A stretch of 54,277 nt of DNA, taken from NCBI GenBank assembly GCA_016193315.1, contig JACPSJ010000001.1, forward strand, positions 350,446-404,722, written 5' to 3'. Positions 1-8,385 of this stretch are shown piece by piece. The DNA is from Candidatus Kerfeldbacteria bacterium (GTDB lineage Bacteria > Patescibacteriota > Patescibacteriia > SBBC01 > CAIJZX01). Numbering within the stretch: the first letter of the stretch is position 1; every line of letters starts with the position of its first letter. The translations under genes were made by a program, and so were the position numbers. The notes beneath the pieces are model-generated. The model was not told the DNA's origin. It ran no database searches and saw nothing but the letters and a program-made list of their open reading frames with translations.

Positions 1-264
1 TTTCCGAGTGAGAAGGTCGACGCCGAAAAGCCGAAACGAATTCATGAACCTTTTCCAAATGGGGAAAGTTACGACCAAACCTCGGCCAGGATGAAAGCCT
101 TTCTTAACCAGCTCAAGCAGAAGTATCAAGGGAAGCGAGTGATGATCATCGGTCACCGCGCTACGCAGTATGGGTTGGAACACTGGTTGCTAGGTAAACC
201 GCTGGAAGAAGTGATACCGGCGCCGTGGAAGTGGCAACCCGGTTGGATCTATCTCATTCAGTAG
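1..264 (+). CDS. Histidine phosphatase (phosphoglycerate mutase) family protein, 3' part only
   Basis: Frame 1 is open from the window edge to TAG at 262-264: FPNGESY...RVMIIGHRAT, the GES and second-His motifs of the family; absent from the ORF track. Confidence 0.75.
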   Translation, partial: FPSEKVDAEKPKRIHEPFPNGESYDQTSARMKAFLNQLKQKYQGKRVMIIGHRATQYGLEHWLLGKPLEEVIPAPWKWQPGWIYLIQ

Positions 265-308
265 CCCTCTTTCGTGAGGTTAGTCATTTTCCTGTATAAT
301 TCTGACGT

Positions 309-980
309 ATGACCACGCCACGGATTGTCATTCTCGGTCCGCAGGGGGCCGGCAAAGGGACGCAGGCCGGTTTTCTGTCTCGTCGCTTTCGGATCCCGCA
401 CATTTCCGCCGGCGATTTGCTGCGCGCCGAGGCCCGTCGAGGATCACCGCTGGGCCAGCGAATCGCCAGGATTATTGACCGCGGCCGACTCGTTCCCGAT
501 GAACTGATGAGCTCGGTCGTTCGCGCCAGACTCCGCCGTCGTGACGCCAAGCGCGGATGGATTGTCGATGGCTACCCGCGTTTTCGCCAACAAGCCAAGA
601 CGTTCAATCGTTTTGCCCGGCCGAACGTGGTGGTGGTTCTCACCTTGAGTGACCAGCAGGCGGTCCGACGTTTGGTCGGGCGACGGGTCTGTCCGAATGG
701 GCACGTCTACCATATTCGCCACCATCCGCCGAAGCAGAAACGCGGTTACTGCGATCATGATGGTTTGCCACTCCACCAGCGGGACGATGATACGCCCGTC
801 GCCATTCGTCGTCGACTGCGGTGGCACCACCAACAAACCGACCCCTTGATTGATGAGTATCGAAGGCAGAATCTTGTCCTTGAGGTTAATGCCCATCCCC
901 CGATCAAGGCTGTCTACCGTCACCTGCTGGAAGTATTGAAGAACATCCCATGGCTATCATCACGGCTCAAGAAGAAGTAG
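309..980 (+). CDS. adk: Adenylate kinase
   Basis: GPQGAGKGTQA P-loop, HISAGDLLR, DGYPR, LID with C/H ligands, QRDDD. Confidence 0.95.
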   Translation: MTTPRIVILGPQGAGKGTQAGFLSRRFRIPHISAGDLLRAEARRGSPLGQRIARIIDRGRLVPDELMSSVVRARLRRRDAKRGWIVDGYPRFRQQAKTFNRFARPNVVVVLTLSDQQAVRRLVGRRVCPNGHVYHIRHHPPKQKRGYCDHDGLPLHQRDDDTPVAIRRRLRWHHQQTDPLIDEYRRQNLVLEVNAHPPIKAVYRHLLEVLKNIPWLSSRLKKK

Positions 981-2101
981 CCAGACTCCGCCGGAGCGGC
1001 CAGATCTTGGCGGGAGCTCTTGGCGAGACCGTCCGCGCCGTCCGTCCGGGCATCACCACGCGACAACTGGATCGGATCGCCGAAGCCGCCATTCGCCGCG
1101 CTGGTGGTCAGCCCGCCTTCAAAAACTACCAAGGGTACCCGGCCACACTCTGCGCCTCAGTCAATAGCCAGGTGGTCCATGGTATCCCCGATAGCCGCCG
1201 CTTGCGTGAAGGAGAGATTATCGGTCTTGACCTCGGCGTAGAATACCAAGGCTTATACACTGACCAGGCGGTAACGGTACCAGTCGGGAAAATCGCGCCC
1301 CCGGCTGAGCGCTTGATCGCCGACACCCGTCAGGCCCTTGAACTAGGCCTAGCGGCCGTCCGCCCTGGTGGCACGACTGGGGACATCGGCGCTGCCATCC
1401 AAGGTTGGCTTGAGCCACGCGGCTATGGTATCGTTCGCCAACTCAGTGGCCATGGGCTGGGTCACGCCGTTCACGAGCCGCCGGCGGTGCCGAATGTTGG
1501 CCGCCCAGCGTCCGGCCCGGAATTGACGCCGGGCTTGGTGATCGCCATTGAGCCGATGGTGACGATCGGCGATTGGCGGGTAAAAACCCAGGCCGACGGC
1601 TGGACCGTGGTCACCGTTGATGACAGTCTGGCCGCCCACTTTGAGCACACGGTCCGCGTCACGGACAGTGGGTACGAACTGATCACCGCCGACGGCGGTC
1701 GCACCGTGCTTGGGGTCGACGTCGGGGAGAAGAAAATCGGATTGGCCATCGGTAATCGATCGACCGGCTTGGCGTTTGTCCGACCGCCACTGTTGGTCAC
1801 CAGCTGGAGTCAGGCCTGGCCCAAACTCGAGCAGCTGATAGCCAGTGAAAACATCGAGTCGGTCGTGGTTGGGTGGCCGCTCAATGCGCAGGGCCAGCCC
1901 GGTCCACAGGCCGAACGAATCCGGCAGTTTATCGCCGACCTGAAGCAGCGAATCAGGGTCCCGGTCGTAACCCGTGACGAGCGGTTAACCACCCAGGCCG
2001 TCCGCCGCGAACAGCGCGGTCGTCGGCTGCGCCGCGGCCAGGAAGATAGCCTGGCGGCGCAGCTCTTGGTTGAATCATACCTCGAGGAGTCGCGACGGTG
2101 A
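950..2101 (+). CDS. map: Type I methionine aminopeptidase fused to a C-terminal YqgF/RuvX (RNase H-like) domain
   Basis: Map motifs HGIP, DLG..YTD, GHGLG..VHE, IEPM, AHFEHT run without a stop into LGVDVGEKKIGLA...VVVGWP...DERLTT...DSLAAQLL. Confidence 0.9.
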   Translation: MAIITAQEEVARLRRSGQILAGALGETVRAVRPGITTRQLDRIAEAAIRRAGGQPAFKNYQGYPATLCASVNSQVVHGIPDSRRLREGEIIGLDLGVEYQGLYTDQAVTVPVGKIAPPAERLIADTRQALELGLAAVRPGGTTGDIGAAIQGWLEPRGYGIVRQLSGHGLGHAVHEPPAVPNVGRPASGPELTPGLVIAIEPMVTIGDWRVKTQADGWTVVTVDDSLAAHFEHTVRVTDSGYELITADGGRTVLGVDVGEKKIGLAIGNRSTGLAFVRPPLLVTSWSQAWPKLEQLIASENIESVVVGWPLNAQGQPGPQAERIRQFIADLKQRIRVPVVTRDERLTTQAVRREQRGRRLRRGQEDSLAAQLLVESYLEESRR

Positions 2102-3207
2102 CGAATTGGTACTGGCTAGCTTTCGGCCTCAGTTTCACTATCACGGTGGTCTCGACGCTCGTCATACGTCGTCTGGCTTGGCGCTGGCAGATCGTTGATC
2201 ATCCGCAGACCGCGCCCGAACGCAAGCGCCACTTGCACCCAACTCCGCTCCTCGGTGGCCTGGCGGTCATCGTCGGCAGCCTGTCGAGCTTATGGCTGGC
2301 GGCTGCCTGGGGGCCATTGGTTCAACCGGGCTTCCCGCCGGCTTTTGTGGTTGGTCTCGGTCTAGCGGCTGGTTGGATCGCCATCGGCGGCTTCCTTGAT
2401 GATCGCCGGCAGCTGAAACCAGGGCCACAAATTCTGTGGCCTTTGCTGGCCACGATAACAATCATCGTCAGCGGCATCGGCGTCCGATTCATCACCAATC
2501 CGTTTGGCGGCCTGCTCTTCCTTAATCAGTGGCAGCTACTGCCGATCACCGTCGGCGGCCTGACGTATCAATTGACACTGTGGGCCGACCTGTTCACGGC
2601 TGTCTGGTTAATGGGCATGATGTATACGACGAAAATCCTGGATGGACTGGATGGTCTGGTCAGCGGCATTGGCGTCATCGGCGCACTGATTGTCTTCCTG
2701 CTGACCCTCCGACCAGAGGTCAATCAGCCATCGGTCGCCATCTTGGCCCTGAGTTTGGCCGGTGCGGCCGCCGGGTTCCTGATTTTCAACTGGCACCCGG
2801 CCAAAATCTTCCTTGGCGAAAGCGGCGCTTTGTACATCGGGCTGTTGCTCGGGGTGATGGCCATTATCTCCGGCGGTAAGATCGCCACCGCCTTACTGAT
2901 TATGGGGCTGCCGATTCTTGACCTGGCCTGGGTCATTCTCCAGCGGCTGTCGCGCAATCGCTCTCCGTTTCGGACCGCCGATCGCCGTCACCTCCACTTT
3001 CGTTTGCTCGACGCCGGACTGTCGACCCGGCAGTCGGTATTGATGCTCTATGGCCTGACGTTGCTGTTCGGCATCTCGACGCTGCTCTTTCACGGCCGGC
3101 AAAAAGTCTACGCCCTACTCGTTTTGGTCGGGTTGATGGCTGGACTGGCCGGGTGGGTAGCTCGGCGGGCTAGCCGCCGAGCCGGTCCGGATCAGCTCAA
3201 GCCATAA
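2098..3207 (+). CDS. MraY/WecA/TagO-family polyprenyl-phosphate HexNAc-1-P transferase
   Basis: TPLLGG, GFLDD, DGLDGL, FNWHPAKIFLGESG, DRRHLHFRL; multiple TM segments. Confidence 0.9.
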   Translation: MTNWYWLAFGLSFTITVVSTLVIRRLAWRWQIVDHPQTAPERKRHLHPTPLLGGLAVIVGSLSSLWLAAAWGPLVQPGFPPAFVVGLGLAAGWIAIGGFLDDRRQLKPGPQILWPLLATITIIVSGIGVRFITNPFGGLLFLNQWQLLPITVGGLTYQLTLWADLFTAVWLMGMMYTTKILDGLDGLVSGIGVIGALIVFLLTLRPEVNQPSVAILALSLAGAAAGFLIFNWHPAKIFLGESGALYIGLLLGVMAIISGGKIATALLIMGLPILDLAWVILQRLSRNRSPFRTADRRHLHFRLLDAGLSTRQSVLMLYGLTLLFGISTLLFHGRQKVYALLVLVGLMAGLAGWVARRASRRAGPDQLKP

Positions 3208-3211
3208 ATCG

Positions 3212-3715
3212 ATGGTCGGGAAAGCCTTAGCTTTCGTTCTCGCTGGCGCCCTCCTCATTTTTGGACTGAGCCTGTGGCCGGATGCACGGGGATGGTTGAC
3301 CGAGCGTCGACTCGGGGCGCCGTCGGTTAGTCAGGGATACGGACATGGGACCGTGACCTTTGCCGAGACGGCCGTGGAGGCTTTGATTCCATTGACGCCA
3401 GAACGGCAAGCCCAAGGCCTGGCCGGGCGCACCCGGCTGGGCGATGGAGAGGGGATGCTCTGGGTTTACGGTCAGCCTGGCTACTACCGCTTCTGGATGA
3501 AGGGCATGCTCATCCCGATCGATATCCTGTGGATTCAGAACCAGCAGGTGGTCGAGATCAGTACCAACCTTCCCCCGCCAGCAACCGATCAGCCGGCCGC
3601 CTGGCCAACCTATCAGTCGCAACAGCCGGTCAACGCGGTCTTGGAAGTAGCGTCGGGTTTTGCGGCGCGACACCGGATTGCGGTGGGCGATCAGGTGGAT
3701 ATTGACAAGCGATGA
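3212..3715 (+). CDS. DUF192 domain protein with N-terminal membrane anchor
   Basis: QGLAGR..GMLW..FWMKGM.IPIDI...VLEV.SG....I.VGD motif set. Confidence 0.85.
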   Translation: MVGKALAFVLAGALLIFGLSLWPDARGWLTERRLGAPSVSQGYGHGTVTFAETAVEALIPLTPERQAQGLAGRTRLGDGEGMLWVYGQPGYYRFWMKGMLIPIDILWIQNQQVVEISTNLPPPATDQPAAWPTYQSQQPVNAVLEVASGFAARHRIAVGDQVDIDKR

Positions 3716-3739
3716 CTCTCGGGCTAGAGTAATCGGGCT

Positions 3740-4048
3740 ATGATGGCAGTCATCCGCACCGGCGGGAAACAATATCTAGTCAGTCCGGGTCAGATGCTGA
3801 GCATTGAGAAGCTCGACACGGCGGTCGGACAGCCAGTCGTTTTTGAACAGGTCTTGCTCGTTCACGACCAGGCGAGCACTGTCGGCTCGCCATTGGTACC
3901 AAACGCCAAAGTGACCGGCCTGGTCATTGACCACGGCCGGGCGCGAAAGGTGACCTCGATTAAGTTCCACAACAAGGTCCGCTACCGGCGCAAGAAAGGG
4001 CACCGGCAGGCGTGGACCAGAGTGAAGATCGAGAAAATCCAGGTTTAG
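3740..4048 (+). CDS. rplU: 50S ribosomal protein L21
   Basis: AVIRTGGKQY...KKGHRQ.WT. Confidence 0.95.
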   Translation: MMAVIRTGGKQYLVSPGQMLSIEKLDTAVGQPVVFEQVLLVHDQASTVGSPLVPNAKVTGLVIDHGRARKVTSIKFHNKVRYRRKKGHRQAWTRVKIEKIQV

Positions 4049-4051
4049 GCC

Positions 4052-4214
4052 TAGAACTCATTTCAAAACCTCATTTCGGCTGCCAGGCCAGATTTCGGGC
4101 TCCGGCTGGCGGCTCGGGTTCAATGTATCTCCAATACATTTCACCCTCCGCCGCGGCGCCGCGCCCGCGAAATCTGCCATTTCGCCCTGAAAGCAGGTTT
4201 TGAAATGAGTTCTA
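4052..4214. mobile_element. 159-bp MITE-like palindromic element, copy 1 (family M)
   Basis: 18-bp perfect terminal inverted repeats GAACTCATTTCAAAACCT/AGGTTTTGAAATGAGTTC (4054-4212) flanked by TA; same-length copy at 18230-18388. Confidence 0.9.
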
Positions 4215-4224
4215 ACTGGCTTTC

Positions 4225-4824
4225 CTAGGTCGGTTGGCGATGGGTGATCGCTTCTCCCAACGTTGCTTCATCAAGATATGTTACATCGCCGCCAGTGGGG
4301 ATGCCACGGGCGAGTTGCGTTAACCTCACTCCGGACGGAGCCAAGGCTTTTTTCAGATACAGGGACGTTGTTTCACCCTCGATATCTGGATTCATGGCCA
4401 GAATAACTTCGGTGATTTTTTCCTTTGGAATTCGTCCTAACAGGTCGGCGATATGCAGTTGTTCTGGCCCTTGGCCTTCAACGGTGTTGATCGTGCCGCC
4501 GAGGACATGGTACAGACCGTGATAGACTCCGGTTTGCTCAATGGCCAACACATCAGGGGCATCAGCCACGACGCACAGAACTTGCTGGTCTCGCTGGCGA
4601 TCGCGGCAATACCGGCAGGGGGATTGAGTGTCGAAGTTGTGACAGCGTTGACAATTGAGGATCGTCTCGTGGAGATTCGCCACCGCTTGACCAAAAGCCT
4701 TTAAACCAGCGCTTGGTTGACGGAGGAGCGCGAACAGATAGCGTTCGGCCGTTTTTGGGCCGACGCCTGGCAGGCGAGTTAACTCGTCGAGCAAACGCTC
4801 GATGGCCGGCGGGTAACTGGCCAT
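4225..4824 (-). CDS. recR: Recombination mediator RecR
   Basis: LPGVGPKTAER HhH, C4 zinc finger, YHVLGG, TOPRIM EGETT, LARGIP.GG. Confidence 0.95.
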   Translation of the reverse strand: MASYPPAIERLLDELTRLPGVGPKTAERYLFALLRQPSAGLKAFGQAVANLHETILNCQRCHNFDTQSPCRYCRDRQRDQQVLCVVADAPDVLAIEQTGVYHGLYHVLGGTINTVEGQGPEQLHIADLLGRIPKEKITEVILAMNPDIEGETTSLYLKKALAPSGVRLTQLARGIPTGGDVTYLDEATLGEAITHRQPT

Positions 4825-4833
4825 AATTGATGG

Positions 4834-5133
4834 CTACTGCAGACCAGGCAAATTGAGGTGGCCGAGTTCCTTGGCTTTTTTGGCCATCGCTATCTGCGCC
4901 TTCTTGACGGCATTATTAACCGCCTCCTGGACGGCTCGCTCGAGATCCTGCTTTTTTTCTGGTTGGAGAAACTCGGGGTCGATGCTGACGCCGTTGACGT
5001 GCTGATTCCCGTCCATGACCAGCTGGACTTTGCCGTGGGCGCTGTCGGCATAGACCGTCTCCGTGGCCAGGGCATTTTGCATCTGCTTGGCCTGGCTGCG
5101 GAGGTCTTTGTACTGTTTGAGTTTGGAGAACAT
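4834..5133 (-). CDS. ybaB: YbaB/EbfC nucleoid-associated protein
   Basis: AKQMQ...GKVQLVMDG...SIDP...AVNNA; adjacent to recR as usual. Confidence 0.85.
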   Translation of the reverse strand: MFSKLKQYKDLRSQAKQMQNALATETVYADSAHGKVQLVMDGNQHVNGVSIDPEFLQPEKKQDLERAVQEAVNNAVKKAQIAMAKKAKELGHLNLPGLQ

Positions 5134-5215
5134 AATGACAGTCTAACGTACATGACGAATTACGGCAACAATGGATTTCCGACAGCGCGAGTTAAAAACT
5201 GGCCCGGTCGGTCGA

Positions 5216-6607
5216 CTAACCTTGGAACTGGTTGGCGTCGACTCGTTCTTCCCGATTATCAAAACTCGCTTTGCGCTCGATAAATGACAGTTTGATTCTG
5301 CCGGTCGGGCCGTTGCGGTGCTTGGCGATGAAGATTTCCGCCAGGTTCTTTTTAGCATCTTCGAGGTCCGGATCGTATACGGCGGGTCGATAAATAAAAA
5401 GAACGACGTCAGCGTCCTGCTCAATCGAACCAGATTCTCGGAGGTGGGCCAGCTTGGGGATCGGCGGCCGTTCCTGCTCGACCGCGCGCGACAGTTGTGA
5501 CAGAGCCAGGACCGGCACGTTGAGTTCCCGGGCAATCGATTTCAACCCCCGGGTGATTTCAGAAATCTCCTGGGTCCGGTTCTCCGAATTGCGGCTTTCC
5601 ATCAGCTGCAGATAATCAACTACGATCAGGCCTAACGTCTTATGCTCGGACTGGAGGCGGCGGGCTTTAGTCCGAATTTCCATGATGTTGGCGGTGGCCG
5701 AATCGTCGATGTAGATCGGCGCCTCGGCGAGCAGGCCCATGGCGTGGCCAATGCGCTGAAAATCCTCGTCGTCCTTCAATCGCCCGGTCCGCATTTTCCA
5801 CAGGTCAATGTCGGCTTGGGACACCAACAGCCGATCGACCAGTTGCTCTTTGGACATTTCCAGCGAGAATAGGCCGACTGGTAATTTAGTCTTAATGGCC
5901 ACGTTCCGAGCCATGTCCAGCGCCAGACCGGTTTTGCCGACTGATGGCCGAGCCGCCAGCACGATCAAGTCAGACTTTTGCAACCCGCCGAGAATATTGT
6001 CGAGGGCGGCGAAACCGGTCGACACGCCACGCAGCTGGCCGGCCTGATGGTGAAGTTGATCGATCCGTTCAAAGGCCTCGTGGAGGACGTCGCGGATGTT
6101 AATGAAGTTTTGTTTTAGATAACGTTGGGAAACGCTGAACAGGGACTGTTCGGCCTCGTCGAGCAGAGCGGTTACGTCCTCGGCCTCACGGTAGCCCATC
6201 TCAACCATCGACGTGGCGGCGGTAATCAAGCGGCGGAGAGTCGACTTCTTCTGGATGATGGTGGCGTACTGGACGACGTGGGCGGCGGTCGGCACGGCGT
6301 TCGAGAGGGAGACCAGCCAGCTCCGGCCGCCCAGGTTCTCGAGATGCCCCCGCTCGCCGAGGAGATTAGCCAGGGCAATGAGATCGATCGGTTCATGCCG
6401 TTGGTAGAGGCTGAGCATGGCATCAAAAATGAGCCGATGTTTGTCGACGTAGAAATCCTCCGGCTGGATTCGGTCGGCAATCTTGACGATCGCCTCCTGG
6501 TCGATCAGGATCGAGCCGAGGGTGGCCTGTTCGGCTTCGAGCTGGTGGGGCGGCACGCGGAGCGCCGTCTGTTCGAGCAGTTCGGTCGTCATCGTTTTAA
6601 CTGCCAT
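5216..6607 (-). CDS. dnaB: Replicative DNA helicase
   Basis: PPHQLEAEQ, AARPSVGKT, FSLEM, VDYLQL, LSQLSR, LRESGSIEQDAD, KHRNGP. Confidence 0.97.
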   Translation of the reverse strand: MAVKTMTTELLEQTALRVPPHQLEAEQATLGSILIDQEAIVKIADRIQPEDFYVDKHRLIFDAMLSLYQRHEPIDLIALANLLGERGHLENLGGRSWLVSLSNAVPTAAHVVQYATIIQKKSTLRRLITAATSMVEMGYREAEDVTALLDEAEQSLFSVSQRYLKQNFINIRDVLHEAFERIDQLHHQAGQLRGVSTGFAALDNILGGLQKSDLIVLAARPSVGKTGLALDMARNVAIKTKLPVGLFSLEMSKEQLVDRLLVSQADIDLWKMRTGRLKDDEDFQRIGHAMGLLAEAPIYIDDSATANIMEIRTKARRLQSEHKTLGLIVVDYLQLMESRNSENRTQEISEITRGLKSIARELNVPVLALSQLSRAVEQERPPIPKLAHLRESGSIEQDADVVLFIYRPAVYDPDLEDAKKNLAEIFIAKHRNGPTGRIKLSFIERKASFDNREERVDANQFQG

Positions 6608-6725
6608 GTTCTCAGTCTACTGCCATTCTCAGCCGGGAGCAAACGCGATCATGCCCAGCTTTTTCAACGGCTTGTCCCCAAGCCAGCCTTGTGGCCGTGG
6701 CGGTCCTGATTTATACTAGGCCCCT

Positions 6726-7259
6726 ATGATCGTTGGTTTGCCGGCCTCCGAGTTCGTCGTCCTCGACGTCGAGACGACGGGGTTGGAACCGGAGCGAGGC
6801 CACGAGGTGATTGAAGTCGGCGCCCAAAAGTTGCGCGGTCGGGCGGTGATTGGCGAATACGTGCGCCTGGTCAAGCCAAGCAAACCGGTGCCGCCTGAGT
6901 CCTTGGCCGTCCATGGGATTACCGATTCGGAGTTGGAACAAGGTCGAGACCCGGCGGAAGTTTTTCCGGCCTTGGCGCATTTTATCGGCCCCAGCATTAT
7001 CATCGCCCATAACGCCGCTTTCGACTTAGGTTTTGTCAACGCTCATCTCGAACGGCTTGGCTTGCCAATACTCAAGAACCAAGCGATTGATACCCTGGAG
7101 ATTGCGCAGCGGTACCTCATCTTGCCGAGCTACCGCTTGGGCAACGTGGCCGCCTATCTCAAGGTGCCGCAGCCGTCTGCTCACCGAGCGCTGGTCGATG
7201 TGATTACCACCCGGGAAGTGTTTTTTAAGTTGATTGAACGGGCGAAGCAGAAGGTGTAG
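6726..7259 (+). CDS. DEDDh 3'-5' exonuclease (DnaQ/PolC-exo-like)
   Basis: LDVETTG, VHGI, AHNAAFD, HRALVD. Confidence 0.9.
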   Translation: MIVGLPASEFVVLDVETTGLEPERGHEVIEVGAQKLRGRAVIGEYVRLVKPSKPVPPESLAVHGITDSELEQGRDPAEVFPALAHFIGPSIIIAHNAAFDLGFVNAHLERLGLPILKNQAIDTLEIAQRYLILPSYRLGNVAAYLKVPQPSAHRALVDVITTREVFFKLIERAKQKV

Positions 7260-7267
7260 TTGGCGTC

Positions 7268-7296
7268 TTGAAAGATTTGTGCGTCAGTGCTACAAT
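7268..7296 (+). promoter_or_regulatory. Sigma70-type promoter for the tRNA-Lys locus
   Basis: TTGAAA-17bp-TACAAT with extended -10 TG. Confidence 0.65.
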
Positions 7297-7334
7297 GCGC
7301 CTGCTTTTTGTAACCTGCGGGCCGATAGCGAAAT

Positions 7335-7481
7335 GGGTCGCGGCGGCACCCCGAATGGGGTCGCGGCAGAACTGCTTCTGCCGCGGCCGCCGCGACGGGC
7401 GATTCGATGTTTCGAAGGAACCGAATCGCCCAGGCTCGAAGCCACTTGGCTCTCCATAAAACCAATAACGTGCGGCGCGAC
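7335..7481 (+). repeat. Multi-hairpin structured element, copy 1 (family S)
   Basis: 11-bp GTCGCGGCGGC/GCCGCCGCGAC stem enclosing GAAT-loop and CTGC-loop hairpins, then GGGC..GCCCAGG stem; covarying copy on the minus strand at 45394-45578. Confidence 0.8.
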
Positions 7482-7486
7482 CACAC

Positions 7487-7558
7487 GGGCCCATAGCTCA
7501 ACGGTAGAGCATCTGCCTTTTAAGCAGAGGGTTGGAGGTTCGAGTCCTCCTGGGCTCA
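7487..7558 (+). tRNA. tRNA-Lys(TTT)
   Basis: Cloverleaf: GGGCCCA/TGGGCTC acceptor, TCTGC-CTTTTAA-GCAGA anticodon arm, GGAGG-TTCGAGT-CCTCC T arm; CCA not encoded. Confidence 0.95.
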
Positions 7559-7595
7559 TTTGAAATAGGCCGCACGTTAGTGCGGCGAGAATATA

Positions 7596-7687
7596 GTGCC
7601 CAGAGGACGAGAAGGGCGAGCACGGCTGCCGGTGGCAGGCGAGCGCAAGCCCCGGCCCCGCCGGGGCGAGTCCTCCGCGGGTCACCA
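7596..7687 (+). repeat. tRNA 3'-linked hairpin element ending in a degenerate tRNA 3' end plus CCA (family T)
   Basis: GTGCCCAGAGGAC (antisense to the tRNA 3' end)...CTGCCGGTGGCAG...CGAGTCCTCCGCGGGTCACCA. Confidence 0.7.
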
Positions 7688-7866
7688 GCTTTTTTCAACA
7701 CCAAGAAGCGCCGTAGAAAAATTTGCAATTGTCAATGATCGCAGCGGAATCGCCGGCCGGATTTTAGGGGGCGGTCGAGCCCCTTTCAAAATAGTTCACC
7801 AAGTGGGCCGCGAAGCACCACATCCTAATGTACAAATCCCAATACTAATCTCTACAATTCATTCAT

Positions 7867-8385
7867 CTGGCAGAACTTGAAGACAGCGCACCATTCGAGG
7901 ATCCAGCTGAAGCCGGAGCGCGTGAAGGGCTCCACGCCGATCACCCGGGAGCATTTACACCAGACGAGTTACGACGACTGGTCGAGGTCCCCGACACCGT
8001 TGAAGGAAACCCCTCCTACCGGCCCCGGAAACGTTTGCAGAGGATTTGGGAGCTCGAGATTGCAGCGCTGCCCGACGGGCCAGGGAAGGCAGAAATCATG
8101 GATGCCTATGACCAGCGCGCCCAAGAGCTCCTTGCCGCCGAAATCATTAACCTACCGGAAAAAGCAGAAGTCGAGAGTAACCCGGAGTACCAACCGACAG
8201 CCAGGGTAACCGCGATTGCCGAAGCAATCAGTGCCTTTCCATTTGCCCGAACCGAGACGAAGGAGCGAATGTTGGACTTGGTGAACAGCAAAGCTAAAGG
8301 GATGGGTCTGGACTTGTCGGGCGAAGCTCGTCAAGCCGCGGGGCAGTCGACTTCAGCGCTAAGATATGGCATAATTTTTCAGTGA
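7867..8385 (+). CDS. Hypothetical acidic protein; start uncertain (CTG at 7867 or TTG at 8035)
   Basis: Frame is open from 7849 to 8385; stop overlaps the GTG of the next gene. Confidence 0.45.
   Translation: MAELEDSAPFEDPAEAGAREGLHADHPGAFTPDELRRLVEVPDTVEGNPSYRPRKRLQRIWELEIAALPDGPGKAEIMDAYDQRAQELLAAEIINLPEKAEVESNPEYQPTARVTAIAEAISAFPFARTETKERMLDLVNSKAKGMGLDLSGEARQAAGQSTSALRYGIIFQ

Noticed and set aside
4012-4203. 63-aa ORF whose peptide is shared with 18059-18379
   Set aside because: It is the translation of the family M element, not an independent gene
7319-7434. An intron-containing tRNA, SRP RNA or tmRNA upstream of tRNA-Lys
   Set aside because: A D-arm-like start is present, but there is no valid T arm or acceptor partner. 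GAAGGAA only weakly resembles SRP, and the same fold recurs upstream of dus
7181-7880. Several short ORFs over the tRNA-Lys locus (also 23096-23447)
   Set aside because: They span tRNA and palindromic elements; GC-rich hairpins explain the lack of stops
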